A DNA stretch of 32,000 nucleotides from Nitrosopumilus sp. (GTDB lineage: Archaea; Thermoproteota; Nitrososphaeria; Nitrososphaerales; Nitrosopumilaceae): positions 21,765 through 53,764 of the forward strand of contig JAOTTW010000004.1 of assembly GCA_029864235.1 (NCBI GenBank), given 5' to 3'. Of this stretch, positions 10,210-18,787 are shown in pieces. How positions within the stretch are numbered: the stretch's first letter is position 1; each line of letters opens with the position of its first letter. Position numbers and translations under genes: made by a program. The notes below the pieces were generated by a model. It saw only the letters and a program-made list of their open reading frames with translations. It did no database searches and had not been told where the DNA came from.

Positions 10210-11205
10210 TTGATTTTAATAACTCTAAAAATTTTATTTTTCATGGAACAACCAGATCACGAGCTTTTATTACCTCTAGTTGATGAAGAAAATATTTGCC
10301 TTCCCCTACCTATCAATGTTGTCTCCAAGTATTGGAATGTTGAACTATCCATGGCTGAAGCCATTGAAACTGCGAAACAATATCCTGATTTTAATGGCAG
10401 CATTTTGATTGAAGGAATTGAATCTGCTGAAAGACATGGACTTACATGCAAAATCATCCATTCCTCCTTACATGAATTAAAAAAAATTATTGATTCAGGA
10501 ATTCCTCCAATTGTACTTCTTCCTGGTATACCAGAAATAACACAACATGCATCAGTGATTAGTGGGTATAATGATGAAGTCAAAACCATTTTTCATTATG
10601 TTCAGAAAGGAAATAATGAAGGAGAGCAACAACAAGGAGCTATTCCTCAGGATCTCTTTGATCAAGAATGGTCCGAAGAAGGAAGACTGATGATAATCTT
10701 GGGCCCTTCTGAAATTTTATCTTCTATTAAACTTGAAAATGAATCTAGTGTAAAATCAAATAGACTTTGTTTGATATCTGAAAGATTTGAAATTCAAAAA
10801 AATTACACTAAAGCACTGGAATCTCTAAAAAAAGCAATTGAGTTTGATCAAAACAATTCAACTGCAATATATCTAACTGGTGCAATGCTTAATAAACAAA
10901 ATTCTCCTGACTGTCTAAACTTTTATGAAAAGTGTCTCAAAATCAATAACAGATCATATTTGTCTCACAATGGAATGGGCAATTTTTATCTTAAATCTAA
11001 CCAATTTGAAAAGGCTGAAAATTCTTACAATCAAGCAATCAAAATTAACCCAAAAAGATCTGCAAAAATTTACAAAAATAGAGCATACATTAGAGAAAAA
11101 TTAAACAAAAATTCTGAAGCAAAAAAAGATCTTCAAACATATTTAAAATTATTTCCCAAAGCTCCAGACAGAGGAATTATAGAACAAGCAATTAGGGAAT
11201 TATAA
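10210..11205 (+). CDS. Papain-like (peptidase C39-like) domain fused to TPR repeats
   Basis: The N-terminal half has a candidate Cys (ENICLPLP) and a His strand (HASVISGYNDE) like C39_2-type domains. The C-terminal half has at least 3 TPR-like repeats (ALESLKKAIEFDQNN, YEKCLKINN, YNQAIKINP). The real start is probably ATG at 10243 (MEQPDHE); the TTG at 10210 directly abuts the upstream stop. Confidence 0.55.
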   Translation: MILITLKILFFMEQPDHELLLPLVDEENICLPLPINVVSKYWNVELSMAEAIETAKQYPDFNGSILIEGIESAERHGLTCKIIHSSLHELKKIIDSGIPPIVLLPGIPEITQHASVISGYNDEVKTIFHYVQKGNNEGEQQQGAIPQDLFDQEWSEEGRLMIILGPSEILSSIKLENESSVKSNRLCLISERFEIQKNYTKALESLKKAIEFDQNNSTAIYLTGAMLNKQNSPDCLNFYEKCLKINNRSYLSHNGMGNFYLKSNQFEKAENSYNQAIKINPKRSAKIYKNRAYIREKLNKNSEAKKDLQTYLKLFPKAPDRGIIEQAIREL

Positions 11206-11207
11206 AA

Positions 11208-11281
11208 TGCGGAATGCGGGATTTGAACCCACGACCTTCAACTTGGGAAGCTGACGTCATACCGAGCTAGACTAATTCCGC
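11208..11281 (-). tRNA. tRNA-Gly (anticodon CCC)
   Basis: Folded by hand from the reverse complement: acceptor GCGGAAT/ATTCCGC, anticodon stem TCAGC/GTTGA with loop TTCCCAA, T-arm GTGGG-TTCAAAT-CCCGC, discriminator A, and no encoded CCA. Confidence 0.9.
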
Positions 11282-11333
11282 CTACCTCAAAAACATTGAT
11301 TATGATTAAATATCTTAATTTTATTATCCAATT

Positions 11334-11507
11334 ATGGATGCTCGATGTCCTGAATGTGAAAATGTTGCAATATTAGATGAGAACATCTCTAATGTAAAAT
11401 GTCCTCATTGTAATTTTGAAGCAGATTATGATGCTTATCTTGAAATCATGAAAGATCAAGCAATTAACATGGCCTCTGACTATATTCCAAAAAGACCTGG
11501 TATTTGA
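11334..11507 (+). CDS. Small zinc-ribbon protein (57 aa), function unknown
   Basis: MDARCPECENVAILDENISNVKCPHCNFEADYDAYLEIMKDQAINMASDYIPKRPGI has a CPxC-x15-CPxC ribbon. It is below the ORF-track length cutoff. Confidence 0.5.
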   Translation: MDARCPECENVAILDENISNVKCPHCNFEADYDAYLEIMKDQAINMASDYIPKRPGI

Positions 11508-11630
11508 TTACCAAAAATTTCCCTTATCTGAACAATCTAAATGGGCTCCGCATCTTGGACAAAACATATGACATGCTTGCATGTCTACCATTTTATTATC
11601 ACATCTGGGGCATGTAATCTCATCTGCCAT
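11508..11630 (-). CDS. Small zinc-ribbon protein (40 aa), function unknown
   Basis: MADEITCPRCDNKMVDMQACHMFCPRCGAHLDCSDKGNFW has CPRC-x12-CPRC. Its stop codon is immediately adjacent to the stop of the convergent 11334-11507 ORF. Confidence 0.45.
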   Translation of the reverse strand: MADEITCPRCDNKMVDMQACHMFCPRCGAHLDCSDKGNFW

Positions 11631-11651
11631 GACTATATTGATTAATCTTAA

Positions 11652-11659
11652 TTTAAAAA
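11652..11659 (+). promoter_or_regulatory. TATA-box-like element upstream of rps6e
   Basis: TTTAAAAA lies 37-46 nt upstream of the candidate TTG starts (11696 or 11705). Pattern only. Confidence 0.3.
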
Positions 11660-11695
11660 TACTGCCCAAAGATTAATTAGTCGTTCAACGATTTT

Positions 11696-12106
11696 TTGGA
11701 ATACTTGGCAAATTTCAAGTTAACCATATCGGATGTAAAAGGAAAGTCTATCACTAAAGAGTTGAAAGACAGCGATGCAAATCCTTTATTGGGTTTACAA
11801 CTAGGTAATGAAACTAATGCAACAATTGTAGGTTTGACTGGCAACCTAAAACTTACGGGTGGCAGTGATAAATCAGGGGTCCCTATGAGAAATGATGTTC
11901 ATGGTTCTGCAAGAAAATACATTCTTCTATCAAAAGGAGTTGGATTACAAAATGCCGAAACTGGACAAAGGGTAAGAAAACTTATGAGAGGAAATACCAT
12001 CTCTGAAGAAATATACCAAATTAATTGCAGATTTGATGGAGAATTACCAGTTGAAGCTCCAACAGAAGAACCTACTGAATCATCAGAAGAAAATAAAAAA
12101 GAATAG
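11696..12106 (+). CDS. rps6e: 30S ribosomal protein S6e
   Basis: ANFKLTISD...GKSITKEL...GLTGNLKLTGGSDKSGVPMR...RKLMRGNTIS is typical S6e. It needs a TTG start, and 11705 (M-ANFKL) is at least as likely as 11696. Confidence 0.88.
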   Translation: MEYLANFKLTISDVKGKSITKELKDSDANPLLGLQLGNETNATIVGLTGNLKLTGGSDKSGVPMRNDVHGSARKYILLSKGVGLQNAETGQRVRKLMRGNTISEEIYQINCRFDGELPVEAPTEEPTESSEENKKE

Positions 12107-12137
12107 CTTAACATATAGCAGTTTTATATTTTGACTC

Positions 12138-13400
12138 ATGCATTGGAGAGATACACTTCCTGAGTGGTATATCAAAAAATATGGTTATCAACCATGTGTA
12201 AATATTGGAACTGCTGGACATGTTGATCATGGAAAAACTACTCTCATTCAGGCATTAACAGGTTCATGGACTAGTGTTCATAGTCAAGAATTAAAACGTG
12301 GAATTACAATTCGTGTTGGATATTCTGACGCTGCATTTTACAAATGTAAAAACTGTGAAGAGCCATTAGGATATTCCACTACTCCAAAATGCAACAATTG
12401 CGGAAAAGAAAGTGAGCTATCACGAGTTGTAAGTTTTGTAGATAGTCCTGGACACGAAAGTTTAATGGCAAACATGCTTTCAGGTTCTGCCTTGATGGAC
12501 GGTGCATTACTATTAGTTGCAGCAAATGAAAAAGTACCAAAACCACAAACAAAGGAACATCTATTAGCACTTCAAACACTTGGAATTCAACAAATTGTTA
12601 TTGTTCAAAACAAAGTTGATTTACTTTTGTATAATGAGGCACTTCAGAATTATCAAGACATTATAAAATTTGTTAAAGGAACACATGTAGCAAATGCTCC
12701 AATTATCCCTATATCTGCTCAATCTGGATTAAACATTGATGCATTAATTGGGTCAATAGAAAATACCATCAAAACTCCACAACGAGACGAATCCAAAGAT
12801 ACTGTAATGCATGTTTTACGTTCCTTTGATGTCAACAAACCTGGCACAAAGTTGAAAAACATCAAGGGAGGTGTTATTGGAGGAAGTTTAACACAGGGAA
12901 TCTTCAATGTAGGTGATGAAATTGAAATAAAACCTGGAATTATGGATGAAAAAAAGAAAAAATATGAACCACTACTAACCGAAATTACTTCTTTAGGAAC
13001 AGCAGCTGGAATTGTTGATACTGTAAAACCTGGTGGATTGGTTGCTATTGGAACCAAATTAGATCCTGCAATGACCAGAAGTGACTCTTTTATTGGCTCT
13101 GTAATTGGAAAACCCGGAATTCTTCCTGAAAACTCCACTGACATCAAATTAGAAGTAAATCTTTTTGATTCTGCTGTTGGTGCTACTGAAGATACAAAAG
13201 TAATGCCTATTCAATCAGGAGAACTTTTAAGATTAAACATTGGTACTGCACCTGTTTTAGGCCAGGTATCTAAAATTAAATCAAAAACTGCTGAAATTAA
13301 ACTCCGAAGACCTGCATGCATTTTTGAAGGTGGAAATGTTGCAATTAGCAGAAGAATTGCTGACAGATGGAGATTAATCGGAGCAGGAATACTTGGTTGA
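12138..13400 (+). CDS. eif2g: Translation initiation factor aIF2 gamma subunit
   Basis: G-domain motifs GHVDHGKTTL, DSPGHE and NKVD, the zinc knuckle CKNC...CNNC characteristic of a/eIF2-gamma, and its position downstream of rps6e as in many archaea. Confidence 0.95.
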   Translation: MHWRDTLPEWYIKKYGYQPCVNIGTAGHVDHGKTTLIQALTGSWTSVHSQELKRGITIRVGYSDAAFYKCKNCEEPLGYSTTPKCNNCGKESELSRVVSFVDSPGHESLMANMLSGSALMDGALLLVAANEKVPKPQTKEHLLALQTLGIQQIVIVQNKVDLLLYNEALQNYQDIIKFVKGTHVANAPIIPISAQSGLNIDALIGSIENTIKTPQRDESKDTVMHVLRSFDVNKPGTKLKNIKGGVIGGSLTQGIFNVGDEIEIKPGIMDEKKKKYEPLLTEITSLGTAAGIVDTVKPGGLVAIGTKLDPAMTRSDSFIGSVIGKPGILPENSTDIKLEVNLFDSAVGATEDTKVMPIQSGELLRLNIGTAPVLGQVSKIKSKTAEIKLRRPACIFEGGNVAISRRIADRWRLIGAGILG

Positions 13401-13761
13401 AGTAATCTGTGATACTAGCTTTTTAATTCATCTAGCTACAAAGCGAATTAAGAATATTAATAACATTGATGTTGAAATAGGTTCAATCTCTTTTGTCGTT
13501 CCAGAAGTTGTCAAGAATGAATTATCTAAGTTACAAAATAATCCTGAAAAAAAACAGGATATAACTGCTACATTAAATTTTATAAAATTTTTTAAAACAA
13601 TTTCTATTTCTGGAGATTTTGCAGATAAAGAGTTGTTAAATTATGTCAAAGCTAAAAGTTCTATAATTGGAACAATGGATAAGGCATTGAAAAAACAGAT
13701 TAAACAAGCCGGCGGTTCTGTAATTTCTTTCTCAAATGATAAAATTATCTTAGAATCTTAG
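13393..13761 (+). CDS. PIN-domain protein (Fcf1/Utp24-like, COG1412-type)
   Basis: N-terminal VICDTSFLIHL with the PIN acidic residue and C-terminal IGTMDKALKKQIKQAGGSVI. It overlaps the end of eif2g by 8 nt, a gene order conserved in archaea. Confidence 0.75.
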   Translation: MVEVICDTSFLIHLATKRIKNINNIDVEIGSISFVVPEVVKNELSKLQNNPEKKQDITATLNFIKFFKTISISGDFADKELLNYVKAKSSIIGTMDKALKKQIKQAGGSVISFSNDKIILES

Positions 13762-13793
13762 AAAAATTTAACTTAGAGACCCTTTGAATTATT

Positions 13794-14249
13794 ATGATTA
13801 CATTGATTTTATCAAGTACTGCTTTTGAAAACAAAGGAATCATTCCAAGAAAATATGGATATAAAAATGAAAATTATAATCCTCCACTAAAAATTAGTGA
13901 AGTTCCAGAAGGAACAAAATCATTAGCTTTGATTATGGATGATCCTGATGCTATGGGTGCAGTCGGAAAAATTTGGGTTCATTGGATTTTATGGAATATA
14001 TCTGCAGATACAAAAGAAATTGCTGAAAATTCTATTCCTACTGATTCAATTGAAGGTAAAACCGATTTTGGTGAAATTGGATATGGTGGACCCGCACCAC
14101 CTGACAAAGAGCATACATACATTTTCAAATTATATGCCTTAGATACAAAACTTAGTCTAGAAAAAGGCTCAACAAAAATGGATATAGAAAATTCTATGAA
14201 AAATCATATTATCGATGAGACAAAACTAGAAGGCAAATACGCACCATAA
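13794..14249 (+). CDS. PEBP-family protein (YbhB/YbcL, Raf-kinase-inhibitor-like)
   Basis: MDDPDA...WVHWILWNI and GYGGPAPPDKEHTYIFKLYALD are the PEBP signature segments. Confidence 0.88.
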   Translation: MITLILSSTAFENKGIIPRKYGYKNENYNPPLKISEVPEGTKSLALIMDDPDAMGAVGKIWVHWILWNISADTKEIAENSIPTDSIEGKTDFGEIGYGGPAPPDKEHTYIFKLYALDTKLSLEKGSTKMDIENSMKNHIIDETKLEGKYAP

Positions 14250-14444
14250 TTTTATCTAATTTTACAAATCAATGGTTATCCAGCAACTTGTTTCTCTAGA
14301 TTTCCACCAAACGTGCAAAACATGTCATAGTTTCAATAGATGTGAGTCTACTTCAATTAATTTGTACTTAGAATTTTGAAACCAAAAAATATTAGAATAT
14401 TTTTATGAAACAAAGATTTTGTACCAAATAATTGGTTTTTCATT

Positions 14445-14600
14445 CTAATTGTATCTTTCAGCCAATCTATATCTCATATATTTATCATCAGGAGAAAATT
14501 TTGCTGGATGAGCAGAAATTGTTTCTTCATTACATCTGGGACATTTTTCCTTAAGTGTATATTGATTACATTTGATACATTTTCTTAGCTGAAATCTCAA
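14445..14600 (-). CDS. nop10: H/ACA RNP component Nop10
   Basis: Not in the ORF track. (M)RFQLRKCIKCNQYTLKEKCPRCNEETISAHPAKFSPDDKYMRYRLAERYN has the Nop10 zinc ribbon and the PAKFSPDDKY motif. The TTG start lies 1 nt after the aIF2-alpha stop, the conserved aIF2alpha-Nop10 arrangement. Confidence 0.85.
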   Translation of the reverse strand: MRFQLRKCIKCNQYTLKEKCPRCNEETISAHPAKFSPDDKYMRYRLAERYN

Positions 14601-14601
14601 T

Positions 14602-15414
14602 TCAACCCTCTCTAGTTTTTTTGGATTCTTCTCTAGTGAATTTAAATGAGCCGTTACTTTTTTCTATACTCTTTTGTATCTCTTCAATTATTGGTTTTAA
14701 GGATTTTTCAGCTGTTTTGAAATCTTCTGCTTTTATAGATAATCTATATTTTGGTGCACCTAAATAAGTAATATCAATTTTTGAGTTTTTTTTCATTGCA
14801 TCAAGTAATATCTTTTTAATAATTTCAATACCATTAGATTTGTTATTTGTAATTTCCATTATGCCTCGAATTTCTACTGAAGGTAATTTGATTTTTGAAC
14901 AAATTTCTTCAATAGCTGCTGCTGTTTTTTTATTTAATTTGAGTTCCTTTATTGAACTAATTCCATTTCTGCCTATTTCGATAAACGCATCATAAACTGA
15001 ATCATATTTTGAATAAATACTGTCTTCCAATTTTTCAATTTCACTGTCAGAAAGCTTGATCTTTTCTTGAACACTTTGTAAAAGAGTCTTTCCTTTTTCA
15101 TATTTTTTAACCTCCTTAAGTTTCTGTTTTTTCTGGTCATTAGATACCTGTTTTAAAGAAAGATCAATATCTCCTCTTTCAAGATTTATTTTTTTTACAA
15201 GTAGAACTTTTTTCTCCCCCTCTCTTACAAATCTACTAACTGAGCGTATCCATCCTGGTGCAATTTCAGAGATGTGTAAAAATCCCTGAATTCCATCATA
15301 CTCATCTAATGTAACATATACACCATGATCCATAATTTTGGTTATGGTAGCTAGAACAATTTCACCTTGCTCTGGCATCTCTTGAATTTCAGTAGACATT
15401 TCTTCTAAAACCAT
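14602..15414 (-). CDS. eif2a: Translation initiation factor aIF2 alpha subunit
   Basis: N-terminal S1 domain (GEIVLATITKIMDHGVYVTLDEYDGIQGFLHISEIA), then a helical domain and the alpha-beta C-terminal domain. Confidence 0.92.
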   Translation of the reverse strand: MVLEEMSTEIQEMPEQGEIVLATITKIMDHGVYVTLDEYDGIQGFLHISEIAPGWIRSVSRFVREGEKKVLLVKKINLERGDIDLSLKQVSNDQKKQKLKEVKKYEKGKTLLQSVQEKIKLSDSEIEKLEDSIYSKYDSVYDAFIEIGRNGISSIKELKLNKKTAAAIEEICSKIKLPSVEIRGIMEITNNKSNGIEIIKKILLDAMKKNSKIDITYLGAPKYRLSIKAEDFKTAEKSLKPIIEEIQKSIEKSNGSFKFTREESKKTREG

Positions 15415-15439
15415 TTCTTATGTAATTTAATGTTGCTGG

Positions 15440-15973
15440 TTAGAAATCAATTCCTTTTCTAGCTTTAATGCCACGTTGAAAAGGATGCTTTATCTCCTTC
15501 ATCTCAGTTACCAAATCAGCCAAATCTATTATTTCCTCTCTTGCATAATTTCCTGTTAAAATAAGATCCAATTTATCAGGTTTGGATTTAATCAAATTTA
15601 TAGCATCTTCTACTTTTACCAATCCCAAATTAATTGCATAATTTATCTCATCTAAGACTATGATATCATATTTTCCCGTCTGAATTTTCTCTAAACAAAT
15701 TTTGATAGCCTCTTTTGCAATTCTTGCATGATCCTCTTTTGGGCTTTTATCATCTATTATTCCAACAAATCCCTTACCTATAGCAACCATCTCAAATTCA
15801 GGTTCTAATCTTTTTGATGAATACATCTCTCCATAATGCCAAGAACCTTTGATAAACTGAATCATGCAAATTTTTTTCCCATAACCTACTGCCCTTAACA
15901 CAAGACCTAACGCTGCAGTGGTCTTGCCTTTACCTTTTCCAGTATATACAATGGTCAGGCCTTCTTTTTCCAC
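15440..15973 (-). CDS. cobO: Cob(I)yrinic acid a,c-diamide adenosyltransferase (CobA/CobO/BtuR family)
   Basis: VYTGKGKGKTTAALGLVLRAVGYGKKICMIQFIKG and the DEINYA Walker-B-like segment. Confidence 0.9.
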   Translation of the reverse strand: MEKEGLTIVYTGKGKGKTTAALGLVLRAVGYGKKICMIQFIKGSWHYGEMYSSKRLEPEFEMVAIGKGFVGIIDDKSPKEDHARIAKEAIKICLEKIQTGKYDIIVLDEINYAINLGLVKVEDAINLIKSKPDKLDLILTGNYAREEIIDLADLVTEMKEIKHPFQRGIKARKGIDF

Positions 15974-16029
15974 GTATTTTTTAATTATTATCTAAGTAAA
16001 AACATTCAGAATTTTGATGAATGTATCAA

Positions 16030-16037
16030 TTTAAATA
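16030..16037 (+). promoter_or_regulatory. TATA-box-like element for cbiA (divergent cobO/cbiA intergenic region)
   Basis: TTTAAATA ends 23 nt before the TTG start at 16060, which is consistent with a leaderless archaeal transcript. Pattern only. Confidence 0.3.
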
Positions 16038-16059
16038 AAAAATAATTCTAGATATACGA

Positions 16060-17415
16060 TTGAAAATACCTAGAATTGTTTTAGCAGGCACAACTAGTGG
16101 AGTTGGAAAAACTTCGATTACATGTGCTATAATATATGCATTAAAGAAAAACGGTTTTTCGGTACAACCATTTAAGGTAGGTCCTGATTATATAGATCCA
16201 ACTTATCTTTCCAGCATATCAAAAACCAAAGCTTTCAATCTAGATGTATGGCTTATGGGAAAAAATCAACTCTTGGAAAGTTTTATTGAAAATTCCAAAT
16301 CAGACATTTCAGTTATTGAAGGCGTTATGGGTTTCTATGATGGTTTTGAAGGGGGTTCAAATTTTGCAAGTACTCACCATGTGGCTGAATTGACCAATTC
16401 ACCTGTAATATTGGTTTTAGATGCCAGTAAAACAGCCAGGTCTATTGCTGCAACGACATTGGGTTTTCAGAAATTTCACAAAAACTCTAGAATTTCAGGA
16501 ATAATACTAAACAAAATTGGCAGTCAAAAACATGAAAACTTATGCAAACAAGCCCTTGAAAAAACAAAACTTCCTATTGTGGGTATAATTCCAAAAAATA
16601 CTGATCTTGCTTTAGACTCACGTCATTTAGGTTTAATTTCAACAATGAGTGAAAAACCTTTACAAAAAACAATTCAAAAAATATCAAGAATAATTGCTGA
16701 TTCACTAGATATTGAAAAAATTATTGAAATTATAAAAAATCAAACTTCACTAAAAAAGAAAAGAAAACTAATCTATAAAAAATCAAATACGACAATTGCA
16801 GTTGCACTAGATAATTCATTTAATTTCTATTATTATGACAATCTTGAATCATTAAGACGTAATGGAGCAAAACTGCAATTTTTCAGCCCGATAAAAGATA
16901 AAAAAATTCCTAACTGTGATGGAATTTACATTGGTGGTGGATTTCCAGAAATTTTAGGAGATTCGCTAGAAAAAAACTCCACAATGAGACAATCTTTAAA
17001 AAAATTATCAGAACAAAATATGCCTATTTATGCTGAGTGTGGAGGTTTAATGTATCTTACAAAATTAATTGATTATGGTAATAAGAAATACAGAATGATA
17101 GGTCTCTTTGATGCAGAAACAAAGATGACCAAAAAAATGAAATTAAACTATACAAAAGGGAAAATCCTCTCAAAAAATATTATTTCTGATAAATTGCATT
17201 TATTACGTGGACATGAATTCCATTATTCAGAATTAACTTCAATATCTTCTGATTCCAAATTTTCCTATCAATTGGAAATAGGCGATGGTATTAAAAATTA
17301 TCAAGATGGAATGACTCAATACAATACACTTGCCTCTTATGGACATCTCTATTTTGATAGTTCTGATTATGCTAAAATTTTCATAAAAAACTGTATAAAA
17401 TATTCAAGAAAATGA
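16060..17415 (+). CDS. cbiA: Cobyrinic acid a,c-diamide synthase
   Basis: N-terminal ATP-binding GTTSGVGKTS and a C-terminal GATase domain with AECGGLMYL and GHEFHYS. TTG start. Confidence 0.9.
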   Translation: MKIPRIVLAGTTSGVGKTSITCAIIYALKKNGFSVQPFKVGPDYIDPTYLSSISKTKAFNLDVWLMGKNQLLESFIENSKSDISVIEGVMGFYDGFEGGSNFASTHHVAELTNSPVILVLDASKTARSIAATTLGFQKFHKNSRISGIILNKIGSQKHENLCKQALEKTKLPIVGIIPKNTDLALDSRHLGLISTMSEKPLQKTIQKISRIIADSLDIEKIIEIIKNQTSLKKKRKLIYKKSNTTIAVALDNSFNFYYYDNLESLRRNGAKLQFFSPIKDKKIPNCDGIYIGGGFPEILGDSLEKNSTMRQSLKKLSEQNMPIYAECGGLMYLTKLIDYGNKKYRMIGLFDAETKMTKKMKLNYTKGKILSKNIISDKLHLLRGHEFHYSELTSISSDSKFSYQLEIGDGIKNYQDGMTQYNTLASYGHLYFDSSDYAKIFIKNCIKYSRK

Positions 17416-18045
17416 CTCTGCCTTTACAAGCTTATATAATGCATTAATTATTGCAGCCGCAGAAGAGCTTCCTCCCTTCCTACCAATATTTGTAATAAAT
17501 GGCACCTGTTTCAACTTACATAGTTCTTCCTTTGATTCTGATGCACAAATAAAACCTACGGGAATTCCAATAATTAATGCAGGTTTTACAATTCCTTCCT
17601 TAACCATTTGAATCACCTCTAAAAGAGCAGTTGGAGCATTTCCTATAGCCACAATTCCACCCTCAATTTCTGATTTTGCTGTTCTCATAGATACTTGGGA
17701 ACGAGTCTTGTTTTCTTTTTTTGCCAATTCCATTATTTCAGGATCCGAAATTTTACATACTAATTTATTTCCAAAATCTTTTGGATTTTGCTTATTTAAT
17801 AATCCGATCACACCATTGACATCCACTATAATACTACATCCATTTTTTAGTGCATTAATTCCACTCTTAATTGCCTCTTTGTGAAAAATTAGTTTATTTT
17901 TTCCAACAAAATCAAAATCTGCAGTTGAATGAATTATTCGTCTTACTATAGCCCATTCTTTTTCATTATAGTGATGTTCTCCAACTTCATCTTCAATCAT
18001 TTGCATACTTGCATCTTCGATTGATTGACCTTTTTTAGTTTGCAT
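17404..18045 (-). CDS. cbiC: Precorrin-8X / cobalt-precorrin-8 methylmutase
   Basis: RIIHSTADFD, GNAPTAL and IGIPVGF are typical CbiC/CobH segments. The gene sits in the operon with cbiX, cbiG and cbiD. Confidence 0.88.
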   Translation of the reverse strand: MQTKKGQSIEDASMQMIEDEVGEHHYNEKEWAIVRRIIHSTADFDFVGKNKLIFHKEAIKSGINALKNGCSIIVDVNGVIGLLNKQNPKDFGNKLVCKISDPEIMELAKKENKTRSQVSMRTAKSEIEGGIVAIGNAPTALLEVIQMVKEGIVKPALIIGIPVGFICASESKEELCKLKQVPFITNIGRKGGSSSAAAIINALYKLVKAESFS

Positions 18046-18787
18046 TCTCTACCTCTTTTGCTCTTTCAACTATCAAATCAATCATTTTTTCATCTATTCC
18101 CAAATGTTTAGTGATATAGACATTTTTCATATTTGATTTTTTAAGAGCAGGTAAAAGATCATTATTGATATCTGTTTTTACATGTGCCCCTTCATGCAAG
18201 AAATAAAAGACAATCACAAGTACTTTGGGATTATTTTTTTCACATGTTTTAATACCTTCAAAAATATCTGGCTGTTCTATTTCTAACCAGCATCTATTAA
18301 CATTACGATAACTTTCTTTTAATCCATTTACAACATAATTTAATGACATTTGTGCATTGGGATCTTTACTTCCATGTCCAATAACTAGTACATCTATTTC
18401 TTTGTGGGGAGTTGATACGTTATTCTCATTTAGTGATGTAGATATTCTATTTTGTACTAATTCTATCAAAGTTTTATGCATACTCATAGGTTTTGTTATG
18501 ACAAATTTTACATTGGTATCCTTTTGATATTTCATGGCATCTGTAACTGCAATCTTTACTTTTTTCCCTGGATATAGAAAATAGGGAACTATAGTTAATG
18601 CATCAATATCTTGCTTCATACATTTTGTAATTCCATCCTCAATAAAGGGTGGTTCTACTTCCAGGAAACAAAAATCAGTAAAAATATAATTACCTTTATC
18701 TTTTATTCGCTTACAAATTATCTCAAGTTCTTCAGATGCTTCTCTTTCACGACTTCCTCTATCTATTAACAATAATCCACGCTTCAA
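18035..18787 (-). CDS. cbiX: Sirohydrochlorin cobaltochelatase (two-domain CbiX)
   Basis: Two tandem CbiX-like halves (LLIDRGSRE... and VIGHGSKD...FLHEGAHV). The gene overlaps both of its neighbours. Confidence 0.8.
   Translation of the reverse strand: MKRGLLLIDRGSREREASEELEIICKRIKDKGNYIFTDFCFLEVEPPFIEDGITKCMKQDIDALTIVPYFLYPGKKVKIAVTDAMKYQKDTNVKFVITKPMSMHKTLIELVQNRISTSLNENNVSTPHKEIDVLVIGHGSKDPNAQMSLNYVVNGLKESYRNVNRCWLEIEQPDIFEGIKTCEKNNPKVLVIVFYFLHEGAHVKTDINNDLLPALKKSNMKNVYITKHLGIDEKMIDLIVERAKEVENAN

Noticed and set aside
2084-11281. GlyRS and tRNA-Gly(CCC) both occur in the same window, which might suggest a functional link.
   Set aside because: They are 7.7 kb apart, separated by unrelated operons. 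This is most simply coincidence.
14272-14379. A 35-codon ORF (MVIQQLVSLDFHQTCKTCHSFNRCESTSINLYLEF) between the PEBP gene and nop10.
   Set aside because: It has only three Cys and no proper ribbon, no promoter-like context, and lies in a convergent terminator region. There is insufficient support.
14385-14404. A perfect 9-bp A/T-only inverted repeat (aaaaatatt-ag-aatattttt) between the convergent PEBP and nop10 genes, possibly a terminator hairpin.
   Set aside because: An all-A/T stem is thermodynamically weak, and archaeal termination mainly uses oligo-T tracts. The adjacent T-runs are plausible terminators, but the palindrome itself is probably compositional.
15974-16059. Looked for a cobalamin riboswitch or other structured leader in the cob gene intergenic regions.
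   Set aside because: The gaps are short (86 nt and 25 nt), AT-rich and unstructured by eye. The TATA-to-start spacing suggests leaderless mRNAs, and I know of no cobalamin riboswitches in archaea.
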